Shown: one piece after another, positions 42,928-55,862 of the stretch
Position numbering within the stretch: position 1 is the first letter of the stretch
Layout of the letters: each line of letters starts with the position of its first letter
Assembly: GCF_009914755.1 (NCBI RefSeq)
Contig: NC_060927.1
Reading direction: 5' to 3' (one strand)
Source: the human T2T-CHM13v2.0 reference genome, Homo sapiens
Length of the DNA stretch: 64,000 nt
Translations under genes and position numbers: made by a program
Notes under the pieces: model-generated
The model's database searches: none
What the model was told of the DNA's origin: nothing
The model's input: the letters and a program-made list of their open reading frames with translations, nothing else

Positions 42928-44150
42928 GTATTTATTTTCTAAGCCTTAATTTTTTGCTTTCCTGTATTTAAGGTATTATTTAAATGTTACAAAATTGGCC
43001 AATTATATGTGTGCAGTGTGAATGTTGGTAATCATGTACAGTCATGTAACACCACCATAATCAAGCTGCAGAAGGAGCCATAGCTTCTCACACTAAAAAG
43101 TTTCCTCCTTCCCCTTTGTACTTGATCCTTTCCCCACAGCCCTGCTCTGGGCAGTCACTGATCTACTTTCTGTCACTATACTTCATGTAAATGGAATTAT
43201 GTGCTATGTAACCTTTGGTGTTTTATTTCTTTCACTTTACGTGGATGAAGCATAATATTTTTGAGAGTCATCCATGTTGTTTTATGTATATTAATATTTT
43301 GTTCCCTTTTACCACTGAATGATAGTCCATGGATTGAATATACCATAAGCTGTTTAATCATTCACCACTTCATGGATATTTGAGTTGCTTTCAGTTTGGG
43401 ACTACTATGAATAATATAATGCTGCTACAACATTTGTGGACAAGTTTTTTAAGGTTTTTTTGGGTTTTTTTTGTTTTTTTTTTTAGTTAAACTTTTTGAG
43501 ATAATTGCATGCAGTTGTAAGAAATGGGACATAGAGATCCTATATAGTCTTTACATAGTTTCCCCAATGATAACATCTTGCAAAAATAAAGTACAATATC
43601 ACTACTGGATATTCATATTGAATTCATATTGATAAAGTCAAGATATAGAAAACTTTCATTACCTCAAGTATCTCACCTTGTTCTCTTACCCTCCATTCCT
43701 GACCCCTAGCTGTAAGTTTCTTTGTGGACAAATGTGTTCATTTTCTTGGCCAAATACCTAAGGTTGGAATGGCTGGATTGTATGGTAAATATATATTTTA
43801 CTTTCTAAGCTACTGCTATATGGTTTTTCCTAATGCTGTACCATTTCTCATCAACAATACTTGAGAGTTCCCGCTCCACATCCTTGCAAGCACTTGATAC
43901 TGTCAGTGTTTTAAAATCTTCTTAAAACTTTGGCCATTCTAATGAGTAATGGTATTTCATTGTGATTTTAATTTTTATTCTGTGATCATTAGTGATGTTA
44001 ATCATTTTTTCATGTGCTTGTTTAGCCATTCACATATCTTCTTTTGTGAATTGTTTAAATATTTAGCCCCCCCGCCCTTTTTTTTTTTTAATTGGTGGAG
44101 ATGACCTGGGGTTGTCTTCATATTATTGAATTGTTAAAAGTTCCCAAGCT

Positions 44151-44466
<316 letters not shown>

Positions 44467-44504
44467 TCATTTAGGCTTTTGCTATTCTGTTTAAGAAATC
44501 TTGG

Positions 44505-44816
<312 letters not shown>

Positions 44817-45410
44817 TCAGTGTCATAAATATTTTCTCCTACATTTTCTTATAGAAATTTAATAGCTTTAACTCTTGCATTTAGGTCTATAATTCGTTTC
44901 GAGTTAATTTTTATAAATGATGTAAGGTAAAGTTCAAGGATTTTTTTCCATACAGCTATCAGTTATTCCCATAAGTCTTACCATTTATTGGTAAGATTAT
45001 CTTATTTTCATTGAATTACCTTGACACCTTTATGAAAAGTCAAGTGACCATATAACTGTGGATGTGTTTCTGTGCTCTCTATTCTGTCCTATTGAGCTGT
45101 ATGTCTATCCTTGTCCAGTAATGCACTGTCTTGCTTATTGTAACTTCATAGTAAGTCTCAAAATCACATATTTTAAGTCCTACAATATTGTTTTTCTTTT
45201 TCAAAATTGGTTTATCTAGTACAGATTCTTTGCCTTTCTATATAAACGTTAAAATCAGCTCATCAGTTTTTTTTAAAAAAGCTCATTTGATTTTCTTTGA
45301 GATTGCATTGATGCTGTAGATTAATTGGGAGAGAGAATTGCCATCTTAAAACTGTAGAATTTTCTAATGTATGAATGTGGTATGTTTTTCTATTTTTATC
45401 TTTTTAAAAA

Positions 45411-45702
<292 letters not shown>

Positions 45703-46819
45703 TATTTTGGTCTTAAAGTCACTTTGCTTTCCCCTTTTCTGCAGAAAAGGCAGCTGAGATTTTGATAAGGATTGCTTTGAATCTGTACATCAATTTTATT
45801 ACTGTCTTAATATTACCAAATCTTTCAGTTCATGAACACAGCACATCTTTTCATTTTATTTAGGTCTTCATTAATTTTTTTCAATGATGTTTTGCAGTTT
45901 TTAATGTATAGGTCATATACTCCTTTTCCTCCTCCTAAGTATTTTATTCACCTTGATGCTGTTATAAATGAAATTGTTTCCTTAATTTTATTTTCAGGAT
46001 TTGCTGGTGTGAAATAGATTGACTTTTGTATATTGACCTTGTATCCTACGTCCTTGCTGTATTCATTTATTAGTGCTAATTTTTAACTTCTTAGAACTTT
46101 TTAAGGAAAATATAGATGTCTTCTGCAAATAAAAATAATTATAATTTTTTCTTTCTAATATAGATGCCTTTCTTTTTATTCCCTAATTGGGCTGACTACA
46201 CCCACTAATACAGTGTTGAACAGAAGTGGCAAGAATGGACGTCTTTTTGTTTTCCTGATATTAGGGGGAAAGCACTCAATATTTCATCATTAAATTTGAT
46301 GTAGATGGTCTTAGCCATTTGATGAAGTTTTCTTTACCCAGTTTGAGTGTTTCTAACATGAAAGACTGTTGAATTTTATCAGATGCTTTTTCTGCAGCTA
46401 TTAAGATTATCTTGTGGGTTTTGTCCTTTATTTTATTGATATGATCTGTTTAATTGATCCTGTATGTTAAGCCAACCTTGCATTCTTGGGATAAATCTCA
46501 CTTGGTATATAATCTTTTAAATATGTTGCTGGATTCAGTTTGCTAGTATTTCTCAAGGATTTGTGTGTGTATGTTCATAAGAGATATTGTTCTACAGTTT
46601 TGTTTTCTTTTGATATCTTGTTATCAAAAGAATACCAGTCTTGTTATGAGTGTATCTTGGTATGTTTGCCTCATAGAATGAGTTGGGAAGTATTCTCTCT
46701 TTTATTTTTTGGAAGAGTTTGTGTAGGATTAGTGTTAACTTTTTTAATGTTTGACAGAATTCACTATGAAGCCATATGGGCCTGGGCTTTTCTTTATTGG
46801 AAGTTTTAAAATTATTAGT

Positions 46820-47213
46820 TGTTTTGCTCTGTTTTGTGCTGCTGTAACAGAATACCTAAGACTGGGTAATTTATAAAAAACACAAACTTACGTCTTACAA
46901 TTCTGGTGCCTGAGAAGTCCAAAATCAAGGTGCTGGCACCTAGTGTCTCATGAAGGCCTTCTTGCTGTGTCCTCACATGGCGGAAGTTGGAAGGGCAAGT
47001 GGGAACAAACATTGTGTCCTCACTTGGCAGAAGAGTGGAAAAAGAGTGAACCCAGTCCATCAAGCCCTTTTTTACTACAGCATTAATCCATTCATGAGGG
47101 TAGAACCCTCATGACTTAAACACCTCCCCAAAGGCCCCCACCTCCCAACATTGTTGCATTGGGGATTAAGTTTTCAACACATGAGTTTTGGGTGCCACAT
47201 TCAGACCATAGCA
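46820..47213 (-). mobile_element. MST-type (MSTC/MSTD-like) MaLR solo LTR
   Basis: TG...GCTGTAACAGAATACCTAAGACTGGGTAATTTAT...CATTCAGACCATAGCA; 5-bp TSD YTAGT. Confidence 0.85.
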
Positions 47214-47573
47214 CTAGTTTAGTTTCTTTGTTTGTTGGAGTTTACTCAGATTATCTGTGTCTTTTTGAGTGTTTCAGTAGTTTTTAAATTTCTAGACATT
47301 TGACCATTTAATCTGCATTATCTAATATGTAGGCATATAGTTGTTGATAGTATTCCTTTGTAATTCCTTTTATTTCTGTAAGGTCAGTAGTGATGTCTCT
47401 TTCATTACTAATTTTTGTAATTTGACTCTTCTCTCTTTTTTTAGTCTGTCTAAAGGTTTGTCAGTTTTGTTGATCTTTTCATAGAATCAATTTTGATTTC
47501 ATGCATTCAACTTTAGTCTATTTGCTTTCTTCAGTTCTTTGGGTTAGAAGCTCTTTAGGTAGAAGCTCAGCTC

Positions 47574-47965
47574 TTTTTTTTTTTTTTTTTGACAGAACAG
47601 GAAAATATTTTTAATTCTTTGGTTCAGGGCTCAATATCAATATATAAAAAGTAATAAAATCTGTGAGAAAGACTAACACCTTAATAGAAGAATAGACAAC
47701 ACTAAGGCAATTCACAAAAGAAACTTAGCCTGTAAACATTGAGAAAGTGTTCAACTTCATTAGTAATGTAAGAAATGCAAATTAAAATGAAGAGGTTTTT
47801 TTTTAACCAAACAAATTAATAAATATTTTTAAAAATCATACTTATTTCTTAGGGAATTGAACACTATCATAAACTGCTAGTGGGAGTAAAATTGGTTCAA
47901 TCTTTCTATAGAGCAGTTTAGCACAATATATGTATCAGAAGCCTTAGAATTTTTCACACCCTTTG
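47574..47965 (-). pseudogene. Retrotransposed 3' fragment of an unidentified polyadenylated RNA (retrocopy or orphan transduction)
   Basis: T17 at 47574-47590; ATTAAA on minus strand at 47610-47615; TSD GAAGCTCAGCT at 47562-47572 and 47966-47976. Confidence 0.7.
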
Positions 47966-48388
47966 GAAGCTCAGCTTTTCAGGTAGAAGCTCATATTGTT
48001 GATTTGAGGTCTTTGTTTTTGTGTTTTTTTTAAAATTAAGTGTTTACAGCTACAAATATTCCTCAAAGCAATATGTTTTGATATGTTGTCTTCATTTTCA
48101 TTCATCCTAAAGTATTCTGTAATTTCTCTTGTGATACTAGTGATTTAGAAGTGTGTTGTCTAATTTCCACCTATGTGTGAATTTCTCACATTTCCTTCTC
48201 ATATTGATTTCTACTTTTTTTTGTGGTCAGAAAATGTACTTTTTATGATTTATATCTTTTAAGAATTTGTTGAGACTTATTTTATGACCTCATGTAAGGT
48301 CTGTTCTCTAGAATGTTCTATGTGCACTTGAGCATAGTAATGTGTTGAATGTCTTCTGTTGTTGGATAGAGTGTTACATAGATATCCG

Positions 48389-49601
48389 TGTAGGGAAATT
48401 TAAGCTTTCCCTCTGAAACTTTGAGTGTAAGTCTGTCGAAATGAATTAATAATAGATTAATGGGTAGAAAAAGGCATATACTTTTGTTAACATGCATAAA
48501 TATGGGGTAATTGAAGGACTATGATTACTCAAAAACCCAATGAGGTACAGATGCATCCTTTCTTAGGGGTAGAAGGGAGATGGGGAAATAGGCAGTTCTT
48601 TTAAGGGGTCGTAAATGATTATTAGGGGAACAAATGGACCTGGGAGACAGAAGTTAACTTGTAAAGGATCCTCTTTGGAATTTGAATGATCCAATAATAT
48701 TTGGATCATTGTTCAGAGGCAGACATTATCTTGTGAAAAAGCTTGTAGAGGTGCGATTGTATTCCTTAGGTTTCTTTTCCTCAGTAGATAAAGAGATTTC
48801 AGGGAAGGGATGGAAGGCAATTAATTGTGTTTTCTTTGGAGGGTCCGGTCTTAAGGTAGATCACATAATATCAGAGTAGAGCCTGTTAACTCAAAATATC
48901 TTTAACCTGTTAAAGTTATCTGAGACCTGTTAGGCCAGGTCTCAGTCTGTTTAGAAAGTTTATCTTGCCAAGGTTAAGGATGCACCCGTGACACAGCCTC
49001 AGGGTCCTAACGACATGTGTCCAAGATGGGCAGCTTGCTTTTATACATTTTAGGAAGACATGAGACATCGATCAATACGTTTAAGATGTGCATTGGTTCA
49101 GTCTGGTAAGGCAGGACAGCTTGAAGTGAGGGCTTCCAGGTTAGAAGTAGGTAAGAGACAAAAGGTTGCATTCTTTTGAGTCCTTGATCAACCTTCCACT
49201 GAATACACAATTTAGTCTGGCTCAGTGAATCTGCATTTTTACATAAACAATAGGGCAGAGAAAGAAATTAGATATGCATTTGTCTCCAGTGAGCCTCAGA
49301 GGGATGACTTTGAGTTCTGTCTGTCCTTTGTCCACAAGGAATTTCCTTGTGGGTAAATTGTGAGGGAGGTATGTAGCTTCTTATCTTTGTAGCTATCTTA
49401 TTTAGGGATAGAATGGGATCAGGTTTGCCTGACATTAGTTCCCAGCTTGAGTTTTCCCTTTGGCTTAGTGATTTTGGGGTCCCAAGATTTATTTTCCTTT
49501 CACAAGTCTCTCCCAGCATATGCTGACCTTCAGTGACCCTTAATTTAAAATAATCTGCACACCATGGTGCCATATTTTGGGGTGAAATTCTCTGGGCTTC
49601 T
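48389..49601 (-). mobile_element. MER34-group ERV1 LTR split by a MER4A LTR
   Basis: TGTAGGGAAA...AGATTAATGGGTAGAAAAAGGCATATA start; AAAATAATC...GCCATATTTTGGGGTG end. Confidence 0.65.
48908..49504 (-). mobile_element. MER4A-type ERV1 solo LTR
   Basis: GCCAAGGTTAAGGATGCACCCGTGACACAGCCTCAGG...CCCAAGATTTATTTTCCTTTCACA. Confidence 0.85.
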
Positions 49602-50232
49602 TTGTCTGTTAGGTCTAGTTTGCTTATAGTTTTGTTCAAGTCTTCTTTTTCCTGTTCATCTTCTACTGATTGTTCTGTTTTTGAAAGTGGGATATTGAAG
49701 TCTCCAAATATTGTTGAATTGTCCCTCTCTCACTTTAATCCTATCAGTTCCTGCTTCATTTTATGTTGGAATTTTCAGTTCTTTGGCAGGCAGTTTAGAA
49801 TTCTGCTGTAGCCTTCCCTTCCTGCTTGCACAGAGCTGCAAAGTCAGCCATGGGTTATAAATTAGGGCCTTTGAGAATTTCCCTGGGTATGTGCAAAGCC
49901 CTTTATATGCATACATCCTTTTAGCACTCCAGGAATATGTTAGAACTTTTCAAAAGCCCCGCAGATCTCCCGTTCTCCAGTTTTTCCTTTTAAGGTTTTT
50001 GGTGCACCACTTATTAGTCCCAACTACTAACACTGTCTCAGCCTGCTGTAATGTTGAACAATGGCACTGACTGTTTTCACAAATGTCCTGGGGATAGTGC
50101 TGTTCCCACAGAGTGAGTTCTGAGTTAGGGCAAAAAAAAATAAGCCCTGAAAATGGAGCTTTTAAGTAAGCTGCCAGATAGGTCAAATAGTGACAATTCG
50201 CTGAGGATGGGGCATTTGAGGGGCTACAAGAT

Positions 50233-51074
50233 TGACACAGGAATTTTCTCTCGGTCCTTTGCCGGACTTGCAGCAGGGGCACCCTGTCTTCTTGGCCTGC
50301 TGCGCTCAGCCCCTTGTGGGAGGGAGCACATGAGCAAGCCAGTGTGGGATCCGGCTGGCCACTCCAAGTGCTGACACAGGAACAAGCTCCATGTGAGGCC
50401 CGCGGTCTTGAGGGGAATGCAGCAGCACCCAGACAAGGGTGCCCACGACCCTGAAGCCCCAGATGGGGTGTTAGTGTGCTAATTAGCTCTTTTAGTTTTA
50501 CCATCCATAGCCTGATGGACGGCAGCATGTTAGCAGCTCGGTCGGCCTCTGGCCCCATTGTGTGGGGTGGCTGCCCTTTGCCAGCGAAGGCAAAAGGCCA
50601 GTGTAACAGCCTTTCTAGGTACCCACACTCGGTGGGTCCCCAGCTCTTGTCCAGCATCCAAGAAGAATGAGGATATGCTGGCAATTGAAGAGTGAGCAAG
50701 GTAGGGAGTTTTATTGAATGATGAAATGGCTTTCTGCAGAGAGGGGATACAGGGGTGGTCCCACTACCCGAAGGCGGGCAAGTCCCCTCAATGTGGTGAG
50801 TCTGGGGCTACTGTGGGCTCAGAATAGGGGAGGGGCAGGCTGTAGCAGTATTGGAAAAGGCAACATTCGATTGGTTAAAAGGCATTATTCAGAAAGAATC
50901 AACTGGGAAAGGATGTGCAGACAGAAACAGAAGTTCTCACTCCAAGTTGCAGGTTTCATCCGGACCAGTAATCTGGTCTTTCAGCCTTCAGGCTGTTTTT
51001 TGGCTTGAAGGTGGGGTTTCACAAGGGACCCGCCCCTATCTGCCTAGGCATTTGACTACCCCCTGTCGCTATCA
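50233..51074 (-). mobile_element. LTR27/LTR28/MER52-group ERV1 LTR
   Basis: TG...CA ends; GC-rich; reverse strand begins TGATAGCGACAGGGGG...GCCTAGGCAGATAGGGGCGGGTCCC; minus-strand AATAAA at ~50710. Confidence 0.75.
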
Positions 51075-52082
51075 AACCCACTGTGTTCCACTTGTTTTCA
51101 CAGCTGCCCAAGTTGTAAGGCAATATTGGTTTTCAAAACTACAGTAGAGCTGGAGAAAGGGAGATGGCAATACATAAAGTTAAAACTCTAAAATTCACTG
51201 GTCTTCCTGAGATTCAGGCATTTTTCTGAATAAACATTCCTCAGATTATGGCAAATTTTTAGTTAATTTCAAGAGTTCTGAAAAAGCCAATTTGACAGTT
51301 TTTACCAGTGTTTGTATTGCTTTTATGGAGGAGATTTTTGCAGGTCCTTACTCCACCATTTCTGAGGTCTGTTTCTCTGGGTTTTGATTGTGTTCTGTTT
51401 GGTCTTTTTTCCTCTCTGTTTTTCACCTTGGATGATTTCTATTGCTCTTCCTTCATATTCATTTGCTCTTAACTCCTTCATGTCAATTCAACTGTTAAAT
51501 CTGCTCAGTGATTTTTTTATTTTCAACAGTTATATTTTTCGGTCTAATTTCCATTTAGTTCTTGTTTTTGTTTTCTCTGCTGCAACTCTTCATTTATCTG
51601 TTGAAATTTTCATGCACTGAAACCATTTCTTTTGCTTAAGGATAATTATAATAGCGCTTTAAAATCTTTGCTTGTTCTCACATTTTGTTCATCCCAGGAT
51701 TGGACTTGATTCACTTTTAAGAAGAATATATTTTATTTTCTTGGTTTTTCATGCTGGATAATTTTGGACTGTATCTGGATATTATGAATGTTACATTGTG
51801 TGGAGAGTATGGGTTCTCCAGTGAGTATTTTTCTCCATTGCTCTATCAGGTATTTTTCACCACTGAGTATCGTCTTCCATTGTTTTATCAGATAATTTTC
51901 TTGGTGGGCTTGAATTGCAAACCCTCTCTCTTGTGCAGCTCCAGTCTCTCCTCAGGTCATTTCTGGATGGCTGATCTGCTTTGATTCTGATCCACACGCA
52001 TGGGTCAGGGGTCAGACAGTGATGAGGGTAGACAGAGTTTGGGGATCCTTCCTCTTTCTCTTTTCTTTGCAAGATTCTCCTA

Positions 52083-52212
52083 TTTTTTTTTTTTTTTTTT
52101 TTTGAGACGGAGTCTCATTCTTTCGCCCAGGCCGTTACTGCAGTGGCGCTATCTCGGCTCACTGCAAGCTCCGCCTCCCGGGTTCACGCCATACTTCTGC
52201 CTTGGCCTCCCG
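52083..52212 (-). mobile_element. 5'-truncated young AluY (Ye/Yk-like diagnostics)
   Basis: ~110 nt of right arm plus poly(T); TSD GCAAGATTCTCCTA at 52069 and 52213. Confidence 0.9.
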
Positions 52213-53341
52213 GCAAGATTCTCCTAATTTTTAAACTGTTTATGTTTCTTAACTTCACGTTTCCCTTGCCAGAAAGATTGTTGCTTTTTCTGTGATGGCC
52301 TCCAGCTCTGCTGTGCTTGCCACACAGACAGCACTTAGACCCAGGCCAAAAGCCACAGAGGTGGTAATTTACTTGTACAGCTAACTCCCTATCTCCGCTT
52401 CTCCAAGTGAAGGAACTCTCCACCAGAGCCCACGTGTTTCTCTCCTCACTCCAAAACCTTCAGAGAGGGAGCTCCATTCTTGATCCTGGTTTTTTGTCTT
52501 TGACTAAGCTGCTTTGAGTCTTTTTCCTGCATGGTGGTTTAGTAAATGGATCCACTTCAGATGTGGGCAGACAATTTGGGGATCTCTTCTTTGATTCTTT
52601 ACCTTTTGGGATTCCCCAACTCTATTCCATATTCGTGGTTCCCTGACCTCACTTTTCTGATCGCCGCCGTGCCAGGAAGGTTAGGGGCCTTTCCATGCCT
52701 CCCTATGTGTGCAGTTCAGAGTACGCTTACCTCAGGGACAGGCCAGAAGGAAGGACAGTGTGGCTGCCTGTCTCTCCTCCCCCAAATGAGGCTGAAGTCC
52801 TCACCAGTTCATGCTTCTGCTCAGTCCTCAGCAACTCTTTGGTATCTTCAGGTAGTTACTTTCTGTATGATGTCCAGGTTTTATAATTTTTTACTGTAAG
52901 GGTGGGGGTGAATGAGTCATTTTATAGTCTTAACTTCCCGTACCTAATAGTAGCCCTGAACCTAATCTTTTTGAGGCAAAGTTGAAAATTGCCTTTCACA
53001 TCTCTCTCTACCAGAAATGAAAGTGGAGAATTAAAACGTCTGAATGGAATTGATGATCTTTTATAATGAAAAGTTGTCTAAAAGAAGATATTGGGAAGAG
53101 AAAGGTTGTAGAAAATTAAGTACTGTGTCAGTTCATTTCAGCATACAATTTACTAATTACCTACGTATGTGCCAGACACTATTCTCGATGCTAGAAATAC
53201 AGAAATGTCACATACTCTGCTCATAAGAGGCTCACAGTAGTGGAATAATGGAGATGGGTAAGTTAAACAAATACGTTTAGCTCTCTCTAGGAATATCGTG
53301 AGCTAGATATATTCTACCTGAGATTTCCAGCAAGAAAGGTG

Positions 53342-54527
53342 TGTAAATCAAAAAATGTCTGAGACAAGTCTCAATTTAGAGGTTTATTTTACCAAGGTTG
53401 AGGACACACTAGGAGAAACATACACAAGCTACAGTAGGATCTTCGGCCTGTGCTTTTTCCACAGAGGGTTTTGAGAACTTCAGTGTTTAAAGGGTAGAGA
53501 GTGGGCAAGAGGGAAAAGAGGAACAGTTAATTATGCATTTGTCTCATGCTCAGTGAATCTGCATTTTACAGAAGGTAATGTAATGCCCAACCTTGTTTTC
53601 ACTAACCCTGTTTTTAGACTCTCCCTTTTGCTCTCGTAATCACCTAGCCTTGTTTCCACATGAATAGACTCCCTTAGCTGAGAAAGCTGGACGAGCTCCA
53701 TCTGGCCCCCTTGATTTACAAGACATTAAGGACTCCTTACCCACCCCTCTTTCCTCAAGGAGTTAACCTGTGTAAGCAGATTGTCAACATATCAAAGGAG
53801 TCCAGTTAACTGATAAGGTACTGGAACAAACCATGTATGAAGTTCCCAGCATTTTGCTCAAAAGATAACACCATAAAGCCTTCAGTTTGTGTCCGGCGTA
53901 GTGCCCATATCTAACTCTTATGAAGGATTTAGAGCCCCGCACCTGGTACCTTGCTTTTTTTGTAACCATTTGTCTTTTAAATTGTTTGTTTCCCTGTAAC
54001 CATTCGTCCTTTTAATTTTTTTGCATGTTTTTACTTCTGAAGAGTTGTTGCATTTAAGCTCCCCTCCCCTTTCTAAACCAAAGTATAAAAGTTAAGCCCC
54101 TTCCTCGGGGCCGAGAGAATTTTGAGCGTTAGCCTTCTCTTTGGCTGCCGGCTGAATAAAAGACTCTTAATTCGTCTCAAAGTGTGGCGTTTTTCTAACT
54201 CGCTCAGGTACAACAGTAAAGTAAACATAGAATAGAGGAAGAAGTCAAATATGCATTTGTCTTGGGATGGGCTGAGGAATAATTTATAGTCTTATCTTTG
54301 TCCAGTGCCTGTGAAGATCAGCTATTAATTTACATTGTCAGGGTGAGGGAGGCCAGCTGGGGAGACATGGCCTTCTATCTTGCAGCAATCTGTTTAGGAA
54401 CCAAAGGTAGCCAGGATTTTCGTTTGTTTGTTTTTGTTTTTGTTTTTTACATGACTCAGTTCCGAAGCTTAACTTTTCCTTTTGGCATAGTGAGTTTGGG
54501 ATTCTGAGACTTTATTTTTCTTTCACT
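53342..54527 (-). mobile_element. MER4-group ERV1 LTR (MER83/MER4-like) split by an LTR6
   Basis: TGTAAATCAAAAAATGTCTGAGACAAGTCTCAATTTAGAGGTTTATTTT...TTTATTTTTCTTTCAC. Confidence 0.75.
53579..54215 (+). mobile_element. LTR6-type (HERVS71/HERV-T) solo LTR
   Basis: TGTAATGCCCAACCTTGTTTT...GGTACAACA, 4-bp TSD GTAA, TATAAAA 54084-54090, AATAAA 54155-54160. Confidence 0.85.
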
Positions 54528-55471
54528 CGTGTTTATCTAGTTAGCCAATAAACATTAAGTTGTTATGCCATGCAGGTGGTGATCACCATGTGTCATACGA
54601 GTTGATGTGAATCAAATGACATTTGGAATGGAAGCAAAATGTAGTTATTCATACATTTGGAGCAATTCATGTTTACATGCACTAACAACATCACAGATTT
54701 TGAGTATTTGTGAAAGATTACTGATAAAGGCATACACTTGCTTGCATTATGTCCAGTATTCATATTACCAAAAATAGAAACTCCAGCTCTTCATTATTGC
54801 CAACCACAGATTCCCATCATCTGTGCGCTGTGGGCGTTCCCAGTCACTTCACCCTGTTGATGCTCCTGCTCCATTCTGTATTGCCCTTGACCCCTTGGCT
54901 TCAAACTTTGTCATATTATCTTTCTGATTTCTTTAGTCAGAGAACAGGCTCGTATCACAAGATGGCAGAATCTTACATTTTTTATGTAACTTAGAATAGA
55001 AAGGGCCCTAAAGATCATTTAGTTTAGTTCTGTTACTTTAAACATTTGGGAACAATGGCCTTTTCAGCCCTAGAGCACGGTAGGTGGTAAAAGTCCATAT
55101 TACAAATAAGAAGACAGTATGGTTATGCCTTAACACTAATTAATTGGTTCTGATGTACAGTTCATCAGCTCATTGCCTGCCCTACACCTTCCCTTGGCCC
55201 CAAGTTAGTTAGGCCAACAGTACATAGATCTCTACCCTCAGATCTATTCCTTCTACATCTATCTTAGAGTAGCTTATATTGCTCTTGTGTCTGTGACAAG
55301 AATCTAATGGAAACTCAAAAGCCAATAAAGTGGTCTTAACTTCCTGTTATTTGGGAATATACTTACCTCACCTTAAATGCCAAGTTTTATTTTTTTGTTT
55401 CTACATAAAGATTATTTTTCTGAAAAGGTTTTGAGAGAAAATTGCTGAAGATACTTCTCTTTCTATTTTAG

Positions 55472-55514
55472 ATGAACAAGTTGTTATGGGCAATAAGCTC
55501 CTTGTATATATTAG
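55472..55514 (+). CDS. VPS8: VPS8 coding exon (43 nt, 1-2): (D)EQVVMGNKLLVYI(S)
   Basis: ttttag|AT acceptor, TAG|gtaaga donor. Confidence 0.95.
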
Positions 55515-55638
55515 GTAAGATTGTTTTATTTATTCATCTGCATGTATGTTCTTTCTATATTTTTCCTATATTTTTAGAGATACTATGATCTCTTATCTAT
55601 ATAGTACTTTTAATTTTGCACAATTCTTTTATGTAGAG

Positions 55639-55862
55639 CAGTGGTTCTCAACCATGGATAATTTTGTCTCCTACTCCCTGGAGATGTTTGGCAACATCTA
55701 GAGACATTTTTGGTTGTTATAACTGGGGCTAGAGAAGGGATGCTACTGGTATCTAGTGGGCAGAGGCCAAGGATGCTGCTAAGCATCATACAATGCACAG
55801 AATAGCACAACAAAGAATTATCTGGCCCGAAGTATCAGTAGGGCTGAGGTTGAGAAACCTTG
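55639..55862. mobile_element. MER20 (hAT-Charlie)
   Basis: CAGTGGTTCTCAACC...GAGGCCAAGGATGCTGCTAAGCATC...GGTTGAGAAACCTTG. Confidence 0.92.

Noticed and set aside
49950-50699. Longest ORF (249 aa, minus strand)
   Set aside because: Spans a GC-rich LTR and L1 5' sequence; no recognisable domain; expected by chance in GC-rich repeat.
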